Assembly (NCBI GenBank): GCA_964012805.1
Contig: CAXGUD010000017.1
Coordinates: 20,892 to 84,891, forward strand
Direction: 5' to 3'
Length of the DNA: 64,000 bases
Source of the DNA: an uncultured Bacteriovoracaceae bacterium
Lineage (GTDB): Bacteria > Bdellovibrionota > Bacteriovoracia > Bacteriovoracales > Bacteriovoracaceae
The position numbers and the translations under genes are program-made. The notes under the pieces are model-generated. The model was not told where the DNA came from and ran no database searches. It saw only the letters and a list, made by a program, of their open reading frames with translations. Below, piece after piece: positions 50,012-59,975 of this stretch (positions within the stretch are counted from its first letter, which is position 1; the number at the start of each line of letters is the position of its first letter).

Positions 50012-51295
50012 TTATGAAAGCTTAAGTTGATCCTTTAATTTTTGAAAAGTCTTTTCTTCCCTGATTGCGTACATAAGATTTCCTTTAATTTTTTCATTTG
50101 AATTATAATACTTAAGGATATCTTCTTTTTTCATTCCTGAATTTTTTGCAGTCTCTTCGATCTTTTCATCAAGGTCTGATTCATTGGCTTCCACACTATA
50201 ATTCTTTGCCAATTGATCTAGGATAAGACTTGAGCGAACTTGAAAAACAGCTTTTTTCTTAAGGTCTTCCCCCCACTTTTCGTAATATTCTTCCATCATA
50301 CTTTCATTAAAACCTTTTTGTTTCAATGAACCTTCAAGGTCATTTTTCAAAAATGATTCTTGTTGTTGGATTAGTGACTCTGGTACGTCAAATTCATTAT
50401 CTGAAACTAGCTTCTCAATGATTTCTTGATTAAGCTTTTCTTCAGCCGCTCTAGTTTTCTGGCTAAGAATAGAGTCTCTATTTTTCTTTTCAAACTCATC
50501 TACATTTTCAAAACCTAATTCTTTTACAAGCTCATCTGTAATTTCAGGATAATTCTTTTCTTTAATTTCAAGAAGTTCAACTTCAAATACAACTTTTGCA
50601 CTTTGTAAATCTGTTGAATGATAGTCAGCAGGAAAAGTTACAGGAACCTCTCTCTTTTCACCTTTTTTCATTCCTAGCATTCCATCTTCAAACCCAGGGA
50701 TAAATTGATTAGAACCAATTTCCAACAAATGCTCTTCACCTTTCATATTTTCAGGCTTCTCACCATCTTCTTTTTTTCCTTGGAAGTTTATTACTGTAAA
50801 GTGCCCTTTAGATACTTCAACATCTGCATCCTGAATTTCCAGCATTTCTGATTTAGATTCAAGATAGTTTTTTTTCAAAGCTTCAACTTCCTCATCAGAA
50901 ACAGAAACCTCATCTTTTTTAAACTCAAGTCCTTCGAAACCTTTCAATTCTATATCTGGAAAAACTTCAACTAAAGCGTCAAATGCTACAGAGCTTTTTC
51001 CATCATATTTCATATTCTCAAACTTTGGGTAACCGACAATCTTTAGTTTCTCTTTTTCCACAGCTTCCAAAAATTGATTTCGTACAAATTCATTTAGTGC
51101 TTCATTTTCAATTTGAGGCCCGTACATTTTTTGAACCATATCAAGGGGTGCCTTACCCTTTCTAAATCCTTTTAAGTTTGCTGTTTTTCTTTTTTCTGCT
51201 ACTGCTTTTTTCACTTCTTCAGAGAGGTCCAAAGTTTCAAAATTAAATTGTAGTTTTTTTGTGCAGCCGTTAATGCTCTCAATTGTATAAGCCAT
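50012..51295 (-). CDS. tig: Trigger factor
   Basis: GFRKGKAP ribosome-binding motif and FKBP domain (FIPGFEDGMLG, VTFPADYH). The start is placed at ATG 51295 (MAYTIE), not 51355. Confidence 0.96.
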   Translation of the reverse strand: MAYTIESINGCTKKLQFNFETLDLSEEVKKAVAEKRKTANLKGFRKGKAPLDMVQKMYGPQIENEALNEFVRNQFLEAVEKEKLKIVGYPKFENMKYDGKSSVAFDALVEVFPDIELKGFEGLEFKKDEVSVSDEEVEALKKNYLESKSEMLEIQDADVEVSKGHFTVINFQGKKEDGEKPENMKGEEHLLEIGSNQFIPGFEDGMLGMKKGEKREVPVTFPADYHSTDLQSAKVVFEVELLEIKEKNYPEITDELVKELGFENVDEFEKKNRDSILSQKTRAAEEKLNQEIIEKLVSDNEFDVPESLIQQQESFLKNDLEGSLKQKGFNESMMEEYYEKWGEDLKKKAVFQVRSSLILDQLAKNYSVEANESDLDEKIEETAKNSGMKKEDILKYYNSNEKIKGNLMYAIREEKTFQKLKDQLKLS

Positions 51296-51375
51296 TCTAG
51301 ATCCTTTATAATGTTGAAATAAAAGGGGTTTAGCCCTTTCTGAGACGCTCCGCAAAAAGCTTTTTATAATAGTCG

Positions 51376-51404
51376 AAAATAGCGATAAAGGGTGAAAAAG
51401 TCAA
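51376..51404 (-). promoter_or_regulatory. Putative sigma70 promoter of tig
   Basis: Minus strand TTGACT-N17-TATTTT. Confidence 0.45.
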
Positions 51405-51454
51405 TTAGAGATAACCTGTCCAATAGCATAATTATAGAAATTATAGAGAAGGGG

Positions 51455-52243
51455 TTAATCATAAAATACCTTGTGTAGATAAAGACCTTGAGGAGGTGCT
51501 ACAGCACTTACTTTTCCCCTGGTGATGTTCTCTATCGCATCTTCTAAACTTTTCAAGTCTAAGTGCCCTTTACCTACTTCTACAACTGCTCCTACCATCA
51601 GCCTGACCATTTGCTTTAGAAAACCAGAACCTCTTACTCTAAATAAAAGTAGTTTATTTAATTCTTCTTCAAAAGGCCCAAACCCTAACCCAGAATTTTC
51701 AATAAGCTCGCACTCAAAAATTTCTCTTTTATTATGCTTCACTGGAGTGCCTTCGCAGTAAAAGTTACTAAAGTCATGAACTCCTATAAACAACTTCGAA
51801 GCCGTTTTCATTTTCTCAATATCTAGGTAACCTTTGAAATAAGAAATTGAATCAAAGAAAAAAGGGCTTGGTGGCCATTCATTGGTAAAAAAGTAATGGT
51901 ACTCCTTTGATTTCGCACTATAGACGGGATGAAAGTTATCATCAGACAAAGACACTTCCCTGATTTTTATATCTTTAGGCAATAAGGAGTTTAAAGCTCG
52001 CTGTAATGCTGCTTCCTCAATAAAAAAAGGAGCTTCAACCTTAAAAACTTGCCCTAAAGCATGTACTCCTGCATCAGTTCTGCCCGAACCAACGGTTTTA
52101 AAATCTGAAGATTTAAAAACTTTAGAAAGTGCTTTATTTATTTCACCTTGAATTGTCTGGCCTTGATTTTTGCTTTGAACTTGCCAGCCTAAATACTGAC
52201 TACCCTTATAAGCAGCTTTGATTTTATAAATTTCAATTCCCAT
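51455..52243 (-). CDS. truA: tRNA pseudouridine(38-40) synthase
   Basis: GWQVQ, GSGRTDAGVHALGQ, GFLKQMVRLMVG, APPQGLYL. Confidence 0.97.
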   Translation of the reverse strand: MGIEIYKIKAAYKGSQYLGWQVQSKNQGQTIQGEINKALSKVFKSSDFKTVGSGRTDAGVHALGQVFKVEAPFFIEEAALQRALNSLLPKDIKIREVSLSDDNFHPVYSAKSKEYHYFFTNEWPPSPFFFDSISYFKGYLDIEKMKTASKLFIGVHDFSNFYCEGTPVKHNKREIFECELIENSGLGFGPFEEELNKLLLFRVRGSGFLKQMVRLMVGAVVEVGKGHLDLKSLEDAIENITRGKVSAVAPPQGLYLHKVFYD

Positions 52244-52250
52244 CGATGTT

Positions 52251-53381
52251 TCACAGAAAGTCGTAACTAATACCTGCGCCTACAGCCATACCACCTATAC
52301 TGATGTCCTCTAAAAAGCCAGCATAACTATGATAGCGGGCTGAAATATCAAAGTAGTAATCAGAAGCAGATAATGATGAAAGTAAATCCAAACTGGAAGT
52401 TCTCTTAAATTGCATAAGGTTAGTTTTCAAACCTACTCCAGCAACAAAACCAAAACCTACTTGCCCAAGTCTTTTCTGCTCTTCTCCTTCACCTTTATCA
52501 TGCCGATTTTGAAAAACGCCGCAGATTGAAGGACCACCTTGGAGTTCTAGCTTGAACTTTTCTCCCAAAGACATTTCCATATCGAAAGCCAAATCAACAG
52601 GTACAAACCATAAGCTTATATTTTTTTCTGACCTCTCAGTTTTTGAAGAGAACAGTGCTGGTGCCTGGTTTAAACCGACAGAACCATTTACTCTGTAAGC
52701 AAAATTTACACCACCCTTTTTAATAAACTTCTTAAAGGAAAGACTTAACAATCCAACTTTTACTGCATCAGCACTACTAGAGTAAGTGTCATCAAATGCA
52801 TTATTTTTGCCTAAATAAGAGGACATATCCTTTAAATAAGATATACCAAAAGACCTTCTCCCTTGGTTAGAAGACTGCTTAAAAATTTCTTCATTAGAAG
52901 CCTCAACATAACGCGATGGTTCTTTCTTGCCGAAAGTTACTTCCTGTCCAAATTGAAGAAGCTTATCCTTAGCTGTGATCTTTCCTTTTAAAGGGTCCTC
53001 TTTAGAAGAGCCTTCTTTAAAAACGTAAGGGTCGTTTTTAAGTCGTTCTTCAGAAACTTTTCCTTCCAATTCTCCTACAGCCTCGTCAGTCAAGAAAGGA
53101 CTTCGATTTTTTGGAAGACCTTTTCCTAATTTCGAATTATCTTCTAAGCCAGAGTCTCCCATAATGACCTGAGAGAAGTCTGATTTGGAGCTCTTAGAAA
53201 CTTTCTTGCTTGATTCAATAGAAGCTTCTTCCTCAAGAATAAAAGGGCTTTGTTTTTCGTAAGCCCTGGCAGGTAACAATAGACATTGTAATATAATTAG
53301 CAAAAAAGGAAAAAGAGCCCTTATTTTAAACTTCTCAACTTTTCCAGACAAATACATCCTTAAACTCACCCTCTTTTGCAA
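52251..53381 (-). CDS. Hypothetical outer-membrane beta-barrel protein (start uncertain)
   Basis: Signal-like segment (FPFLLIILQCLLLPARA), charged low-complexity N-terminal part, amphipathic strands ending GAGISYDFL. Confidence 0.7.
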   Translation of the reverse strand: MQKRVSLRMYLSGKVEKFKIRALFPFLLIILQCLLLPARAYEKQSPFILEEEASIESSKKVSKSSKSDFSQVIMGDSGLEDNSKLGKGLPKNRSPFLTDEAVGELEGKVSEERLKNDPYVFKEGSSKEDPLKGKITAKDKLLQFGQEVTFGKKEPSRYVEASNEEIFKQSSNQGRRSFGISYLKDMSSYLGKNNAFDDTYSSSADAVKVGLLSLSFKKFIKKGGVNFAYRVNGSVGLNQAPALFSSKTERSEKNISLWFVPVDLAFDMEMSLGEKFKLELQGGPSICGVFQNRHDKGEGEEQKRLGQVGFGFVAGVGLKTNLMQFKRTSSLDLLSSLSASDYYFDISARYHSYAGFLEDISIGGMAVGAGISYDFL

Positions 53382-54063
53382 AAAAATAGACCAAGGAAAT
53401 TACAACGTATAAGGACATGATAGCAAAGAGTGCGTAATGTTCAAAAATAAATAGAAGGGATAAAAGAAGAAAGATAATAAAAAGGACGGTTTTCTTATGT
53501 TCTTTAACCCATGGCGAGCTTTTAAAAGAATTGAATTTAATATTTGAGATCATAAGAATTGAGTAAAAGAAAACATAAAGGATAAACGGATAAATTAACC
53601 CCTTAAACAGCTCTACTTTTAAATAGAATAAAACCAATCCACTAATAGATAGCGCTGCGCCAGGTATAGGGAGTCCCTGAAAATAATCCGAACTGACTTT
53701 TTCAATGTTAGAATTAAATCTTGCCAATCTTAGAGCGCCACACAACAAATAAAAGAAAGAAACAACTAAGCCTAGCTTGCCTATTTCTGAAAAAAAACAA
53801 TTATAAACTAAAAAAGCTGGAGCCACTCCAAAACACACCAGGTCACTCAATGAGTCAAACTGTTCACCAAAAGTAGATTGAGTTCCAGTTAATCTTGCAA
53901 GTCTACCATCTACTAGGTCAAAAATAGCTCCAAGTATTAAAGCCAAGCAAGCATTATAAAACTTACCATTGAAAGAAAAAAGAATTGAAGAAAAACCGCA
54001 AGCCATATTTAAAGCAGTAAATGTATTTGGCAAAAAAAACGCAAACTTCTGACCACCAGGCAT
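53335..54063 (-). CDS. pssA: CDP-diacylglycerol--serine O-phosphatidyltransferase (type II)
   Basis: LPNTFTALN, DLVDGRLAR...FGEQFDSLSDLVCFGVAP, ALRLARFN, FQGLPIP. The start is placed at ATG 54063. Confidence 0.95.
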   Translation of the reverse strand: MPGGQKFAFFLPNTFTALNMACGFSSILFSFNGKFYNACLALILGAIFDLVDGRLARLTGTQSTFGEQFDSLSDLVCFGVAPAFLVYNCFFSEIGKLGLVVSFFYLLCGALRLARFNSNIEKVSSDYFQGLPIPGAALSISGLVLFYLKVELFKGLIYPFILYVFFYSILMISNIKFNSFKSSPWVKEHKKTVLFIIFLLLSLLFIFEHYALFAIMSLYVVISLVYFFAKEGEFKDVFVWKS

Positions 54064-54097
54064 AATAAACTTATCTCCGATAAAGTTACTATAGATA

Positions 54098-54766
54098 TTA
54101 GTGATGATGCCCAAGTTGGACTGCAATTGGAGTCGACCCTTGAACACACTTATCACCCTGAGATATCAATACATCGAAATGGGGAGGTAAGTAAATGAGA
54201 ACAGTTCCTCCAAAAGGGAAATATCCCAGTCTAGCTGATCTTTTTCCTCTATCCCCAGGTTTGACCCAAAGGTCTACATCTAAACCCAATTCACACTTAA
54301 TAAATTCCAGACCGACGTCTTGACCACTTTTTCCCTCAATTTCGAGAATTTTAGCATGAACCTGAATCTTTTCATCACTTTCTAAACCTTTTCTAAAAAG
54401 TCGAAAAAAAGATTTTCCTTCACGGTTCTTTAGCCCACGCACCTCCCCCTCTAAAGGAAAGCCCAACCCAAATTCATTAAGCCACATTGAGGAAACCCTT
54501 ATTTCGCTCAAGCCTTTTCCAAAAATATTATGGTCTACATTTTTTCTTACCGAATAGACTACTCCGTTAGTAGGAGAAACTATAAAGCTGTCTGGCACTT
54601 CTGAATAATAATCCAATTTCAAACTAGCTTTTCTAAAAGAAAAGAGTAATAAGAATGAGAAGAGAAGTAGAAAGTTAAATATTGTGTTTTGTTGGAAAAA
54701 CCAGGCCAGCGCTAAGAAAAAAACCAAAATGAAAATGATTCCTCTAGAAAGATAAGAAAATTTCAT
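54098..54766 (-). CDS. Phosphatidylserine decarboxylase-related protein (short type), catalytic motif degenerate
   Basis: N-terminal TMs, IVSPTNGVV, VKPGD...RLGYFPFGGTVLIYLP...GDK; directly upstream of pssA, where the short-type psd normally sits. Confidence 0.75.
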   Translation of the reverse strand: MKFSYLSRGIIFILVFFLALAWFFQQNTIFNFLLLFSFLLLFSFRKASLKLDYYSEVPDSFIVSPTNGVVYSVRKNVDHNIFGKGLSEIRVSSMWLNEFGLGFPLEGEVRGLKNREGKSFFRLFRKGLESDEKIQVHAKILEIEGKSGQDVGLEFIKCELGLDVDLWVKPGDRGKRSARLGYFPFGGTVLIYLPPHFDVLISQGDKCVQGSTPIAVQLGHHH

Positions 54767-54801
54767 GGAATCAGCTTAACGTTTGGAAGATATAATGTCA
54801 T

Positions 54802-55431
54802 TCAATATGAAGGTTTAAACTCTTTTTCAAGTGGCCTGAAATAGAAGGGCGGCTTCCTCAACTCTTTCTTCAAAACTGATGGGAATAAAATTTCAGACTT
54901 TTCTTGGAGCAGTTCCGTTGTATATAGGCAATTCTTTAAAGATAAATCTTTTTCAAGCTCGGTTGGCTCAATAAAAAAATGAAAACCTTTATTTGGTGTA
55001 TTTATTTTTTTATTATCTTTCAAATTACCTATTGCATAAAGAGAGTTTTTTTCACTATCTTCTCCCCATTCGAAAGTAAAAACTTCACCCTTAAATGCAT
55101 TTACGTAGAAAGCTCCCTTTTCATAGCCCAATAAAACAGGAACATCCTGATGATAAAATGAGTAGGTTTCCAAAGATAACCACTTAAAAACCTGCGCCAT
55201 CCCTTCAGAAACTCGCACTCCAGTATATGATCCTGGTCCATTTAAGAAGAAAATCTTTCCTATGTCAGACATACCCAAATCATGTTTTTTTAACATCTCA
55301 AAAATTAATGCATGGATTTTCACGGCAGATGTTCTTAACTCAGACGAATGAAAGTAATCCTTCCAGACCCATTTGTCTGTTAAAAGGCCGAAAGTTAATT
55401 GGTTAGTTGTGTCTACAAAAAGTGAATACAT
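54802..55431 (-). CDS. tsaB: tRNA threonylcarbamoyladenosine biosynthesis protein TsaB
   Basis: LFVDTT, GPGSYTGVRV; follows rseP. The start is placed at ATG 55431. Confidence 0.85.
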   Translation of the reverse strand: MYSLFVDTTNQLTFGLLTDKWVWKDYFHSSELRTSAVKIHALIFEMLKKHDLGMSDIGKIFFLNGPGSYTGVRVSEGMAQVFKWLSLETYSFYHQDVPVLLGYEKGAFYVNAFKGEVFTFEWGEDSEKNSLYAIGNLKDNKKINTPNKGFHFFIEPTELEKDLSLKNCLYTTELLQEKSEILFPSVLKKELRKPPFYFRPLEKEFKPSY

Positions 55432-55435
55432 ATTT

Positions 55436-56992
55436 TTAAAAAAACCTCGTAAAGTCATTAAAGATTGCGCCTATCATGAGCATTAAAAGTAGTGAGAGAC
55501 CTACTTGCTGAGCTATTTCCATTTTTCTTCTTGAAAGAGGCCCTCTGTTTATTATTTCCAGAAAAATAAACATTATGTGACCCCCATCCAAAACTGGTAT
55601 AGGAAAAAGGTTAATAATTCCTAAGTTTACAGAGATTAATGCCATTAGTTGAAAAAAGTAAGACAAGCTCGTGTTAAAAGAGTCTGTAGCAACCTTACCA
55701 ATAGATAAAGGCCCTCCAATATTTTTCAGAGAAGATTCGGAGGTAACGAGTTTTTTGAAACCAGTCAATGTCTTTTCTATAGAGTCCCAAGTCCTATAAA
55801 GCCCTATAGAAATTGAACCAAAAAGCCCTTTAGAGTCGGTTGTAACAAAATTAAGGGGAAGATACTCTCCCAAACTCCAGACACCTATCAACCGAACCTT
55901 TTTCTTATTTATTTCTCTTAATTCTGGAGTCATAGAAAAGGTTTTTAACTCACCATCTCTTAAAATTGTAAGTAAGACAGACTTAGCAGGTAGCCCTTGA
56001 AGAGTATTTTTTAGTTCCGTAAAGCTTGTGACATTTATCTTATTTAGAGAAATAATAATGTCATTTACTTTTAAACCTGCTTTGTCAGCAGGAGATCCCA
56101 TTTTTACACTCTTCACAACCAGATCTAGACTGTAGAGACCTTCTTTATCGGCTATTTTGTTTAATAACTCATTGGTCGAATTGTATTGAATAGATAGTTT
56201 TTTTAGACTTTTTCGCTTATCGGCTTTTCCATCACTAAAACTGTAGAGAAAAAGCTGATCAGATTTTTTTTCAACAGATAAAGTATCAAGTGACTCCCCA
56301 GCACGAGGGCCATCATCAAACTCAGAAACAATATATTTTTTTCCCTGGGGGTCAATTAATAAAGGCTTTCTGAGAATAGGTGGGTACTTTATAAACTCAT
56401 TAAAAAATGACTCACCTTGAAAATCGACTTTCAAAGTTTTTTCCAACTCCTTCCTATTCAGAGTCACAGAAAAAACCTTCCCTCCTTTTTGAAGTGCAAT
56501 ATCAGATATATTATAAATTTTCTGATTGTTTATTTTTTTAAGAACATCTCCAGTTCTCAAACCTTGAGAGAAAAGTTTTCCCTTCTCATCCAAAACTCCA
56601 ACCTTGATCTCTGGCATCCTCTCCCCAGAAATCAAAAGAAAGAAAAAAATAAAGAACGCCAAAAGAAAATTAGCAAGAGGACCACCAAGTACAATCCAAA
56701 ACCTTGCCCACTTTCCCTTATGGTTGAAACTGTATTGCTTTTGGTCTTCTGGAATACCATCTTTGTCAAAGGGATCATCCCCAAACATTTTTACATATCC
56801 CCCTAGAGGGATAATAGATAAAGCATATTCCGTATCATTTTTTTTAAATTTGAATAGTTTTGGACCAAAACCTAGAGAAAATACCTCAACTCTCACTCCA
56901 AAGAGTCTCGCAAATAGGAAGTGTCCTAATTCATGAAAAAAAATTAAAGGCCCCAAAAATAGCACAAAAATAACAACTTTTTCCAAAAACAT
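55436..56992 (-). CDS. rseP: RIP metalloprotease RseP (site-2 protease with PDZ domains)
   Basis: HELGH, FSLGFGP, PLGGYVKM, GPLAN, NLFPIPVLDGGH. Confidence 0.97.
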   Translation of the reverse strand: MFLEKVVIFVLFLGPLIFFHELGHFLFARLFGVRVEVFSLGFGPKLFKFKKNDTEYALSIIPLGGYVKMFGDDPFDKDGIPEDQKQYSFNHKGKWARFWIVLGGPLANFLLAFFIFFFLLISGERMPEIKVGVLDEKGKLFSQGLRTGDVLKKINNQKIYNISDIALQKGGKVFSVTLNRKELEKTLKVDFQGESFFNEFIKYPPILRKPLLIDPQGKKYIVSEFDDGPRAGESLDTLSVEKKSDQLFLYSFSDGKADKRKSLKKLSIQYNSTNELLNKIADKEGLYSLDLVVKSVKMGSPADKAGLKVNDIIISLNKINVTSFTELKNTLQGLPAKSVLLTILRDGELKTFSMTPELREINKKKVRLIGVWSLGEYLPLNFVTTDSKGLFGSISIGLYRTWDSIEKTLTGFKKLVTSESSLKNIGGPLSIGKVATDSFNTSLSYFFQLMALISVNLGIINLFPIPVLDGGHIMFIFLEIINRGPLSRRKMEIAQQVGLSLLLMLMIGAIFNDFTRFF

Positions 56993-57007
56993 TTCACTAA
57001 TCCCAAT

Positions 57008-57826
57008 TTAAAGTGAATAAATTGATATTACAAAGAAGGGCGCCAAGAAAAGGAGGCTATCTAAGCGGTCATAAAAACCTCCATGACCAGGTATGAGAGA
57101 CGAGCTATCCTTTATACTACAATGCCGCTTTAACTTTGACTGCACTAAATCACCTAATTGCGAAATAATACCAAAAACCGCGAAAAGAAAAAATAACTTT
57201 AATTCTAATCGATTAAAGAAATAATACCAAAAAGCGAAGCCAAAAATGCCCGAAAAGACAGCTCCACCCAAGAAACCTTCTAATGTTTTCTTTGGGCTTA
57301 CCGAAGGCCAGAGTTTATTCTTACCAAAGTTCTTCCCTACAAACCAAGCTCCTGTGTCCATCGAGTAATTTACAATTAAAAGAATTATAAGAAATAGATT
57401 CCAACTCGGGGTTCGAAAAATAGAGGTCAAACTCATCATCGGAAAAAGAACAAAAAGCCCTGAAAAGTAAGAAATAGTAGCTTTTTTCTTATTTAAAAAA
57501 TCAGATTTAATATCACTGAACACCAAATAAAAAAGAAGAAAAACATTCAGAACAAGGGAACTATTAATAAAAAAATTATGGAATGCTTCTTTCTGCATAT
57601 AAAAATTAAACAATGAGAAAGGCAATATAAATAAAAAAAGTGAGAAAAAGTAAGACGTGGAAAACCTTACTCCCTTAAGGAAATTGCAAAAAATTTCATC
57701 TGAGATTATAACCCCCATCAAAAGGATCAGGATTAAACTCTGGGTAGGACCAGCCATAAAACATAAAGTAACTATTGTAATGAGGGCTAGAGCAGAAATT
57801 ATTCTTAAAGTTGTATTTTGAGACAT
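57008..57826 (-). CDS. cdsA: Phosphatidate cytidylyltransferase
   Basis: DTGAWFVGK, SPKKTLEG, GDLVQSKLKR...KDS...PGHGGFYDRLDS. Confidence 0.96.
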   Translation of the reverse strand: MSQNTTLRIISALALITIVTLCFMAGPTQSLILILLMGVIISDEIFCNFLKGVRFSTSYFFSLFLFILPFSLFNFYMQKEAFHNFFINSSLVLNVFLLFYLVFSDIKSDFLNKKKATISYFSGLFVLFPMMSLTSIFRTPSWNLFLIILLIVNYSMDTGAWFVGKNFGKNKLWPSVSPKKTLEGFLGGAVFSGIFGFAFWYYFFNRLELKLFFLFAVFGIISQLGDLVQSKLKRHCSIKDSSSLIPGHGGFYDRLDSLLFLAPFFVISIYSL

Positions 57827-57829
57827 GAA

Positions 57830-58609
57830 TTAAAACCTTAGTGACTTACCTAAAAGTGTCTTATTTTTTTTTGCCATTTCGGCACTCTGAAAGAGGTTAG
57901 TATGAAGACTCACACCACCAAAACGTCTTTCTCGACTTGAGACTTCATTCAAAATTCTTCTAAATTCTACCCTTGAAAAGTCTGGCCAAGGAATAGGAGA
58001 AAAGTAAAATTCTGCATATGCACATTGCCAGAGAAGAAAATTTGAAATACGAACATCTCCTCCCGTTCTAATTAAAAGATCTACGTCGCCACTCTCAGGA
58101 TTAGATAGAAGAAAGTCTAGCTTTTCTTCTGAAATAGGCTCTCCCGGTCTTTCTTCGATATGGGTATTAAAAGCGCTAATAATTTCTGCTCGAGAGCCGT
58201 AACTAAAGGCAAAAGTTAATTTAAGGCCCTCATGTTCTCTCGTTATTTCTTCCAAATCTTTAACAAGCTCATGAGTGGAAGACGGTAGAGCAGTAATATC
58301 TCCAATTATTTTAAACTTAATCCTATTTCTGATAATTCTCTCTTTTTCCTTCTGCAAAAACTTTTTTAAAAGAGAAAAAAGTGTCTTCACCTCTGTTAAA
58401 GGTCTGCTCCAGTTTTCTGTTGAGAAAGCATACATTGTTAAAGCTTTCACACCACAGTCATCTGCCTCCTCAACAATCTTAGAAACAGTTCTAACACCAC
58501 GTACATGACCCCAAACTCTCGAGTGAGAACGCGCCTGAGCCCATCTGCCATTACCATCCATTATAATGGCAACATGATTAGGGGGATTGTTTTTCAAATT
58601 AACTGGCAT
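57830..58609 (-). CDS. uppS: Undecaprenyl diphosphate synthase
   Basis: HVAIIMDGNGRWA, YAFSTENWSRP, DLLIRTGG..RISNFLLWQ. Confidence 0.98.
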   Translation of the reverse strand: MPVNLKNNPPNHVAIIMDGNGRWAQARSHSRVWGHVRGVRTVSKIVEEADDCGVKALTMYAFSTENWSRPLTEVKTLFSLLKKFLQKEKERIIRNRIKFKIIGDITALPSSTHELVKDLEEITREHEGLKLTFAFSYGSRAEIISAFNTHIEERPGEPISEEKLDFLLSNPESGDVDLLIRTGGDVRISNFLLWQCAYAEFYFSPIPWPDFSRVEFRRILNEVSSRERRFGGVSLHTNLFQSAEMAKKNKTLLGKSLRF

Positions 58610-58612
58610 TTA

Positions 58613-59170
58613 TCACACTGTTAAAAGTTCTTTTTCTTTTTCACTAATTATTTGATCAATTTTTTTAACATATTTATCGGTGAGCTCTTGAATTTCAGTT
58701 TGAAACTTTTTCGAATCATCTTCTGAAATGTCTTTACCTTTTTCTGCTTTTTTTACAATATCATTTTGCTCTCTTCTAGAGTTTCGAACGGCAACCTTGG
58801 CATCTTCACCATGCCTTTTAATACCCTTAACCTGCTCTTTTCTCCGCTCCTCAGTTAAAGCAGGAAATGGAATTCTTATAAGGTTTCCATCATTAGATGG
58901 AGTCAAGCCCAAATTAGCTCCTAGTATCGACCTCTCTATCTGAGCTATTAAAGTTTTATCAAAAGGTTGAATTTGTAATAAACGAGCTTCAGGTGTACTC
59001 ACCTGCCCTACTTGATTAACAGGTGTTGGCACACCATAATAATCAACAAGAATTCCGTCCAAAACATTTGCAGAGGCTCTGCCTGTTCTAATTTTAGTTA
59101 GTTGATATTTTAGAGAGTCAACAGTTTTATCCATTGACACTTCGAGGCTCGACTTAATTTCTTCCAACAT
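58613..59170 (-). CDS. frr: Ribosome recycling factor
   Basis: IRTGRAS, VDYYG, LTEERRK, AVRNSRR. Confidence 0.98.
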   Translation of the reverse strand: MLEEIKSSLEVSMDKTVDSLKYQLTKIRTGRASANVLDGILVDYYGVPTPVNQVGQVSTPEARLLQIQPFDKTLIAQIERSILGANLGLTPSNDGNLIRIPFPALTEERRKEQVKGIKRHGEDAKVAVRNSRREQNDIVKKAEKGKDISEDDSKKFQTEIQELTDKYVKKIDQIISEKEKELLTV

Positions 59171-59193
59171 GACTTCTCCACGAAAAAACTCTT

Positions 59194-59916
<723 letters not shown>

Positions 59917-59927
59917 TTATTTATAAT

Positions 59928-59958
59928 AAAAAAAGGGGACTTTAAGTCCCCTTTTTTT
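59928..59958 (-). terminator. Rho-independent terminator after rpsB-tsf
   Basis: A7-GGGGACTT/AAGTCCCC-T7 symmetric hairpin, 17 bp after the tsf stop. Confidence 0.9.
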
Positions 59959-59975
59959 ATATCTAAATTCATCTC

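Noticed and set aside
51296..51454. tRNA upstream of tig
   Set aside because: No cloverleaf, T-loop GTTCGA or CCA end; only a short AAAGGG/CCCTTT hairpin.
53335..54156. Longer ORF-track start for pssA overlapping the psd-like gene (similar extensions for addA, tig, tsaB and polA)
   Set aside because: The extensions lack homology-like content and overlap neighbours or leaders; downstream ATGs fit the family N-termini better.
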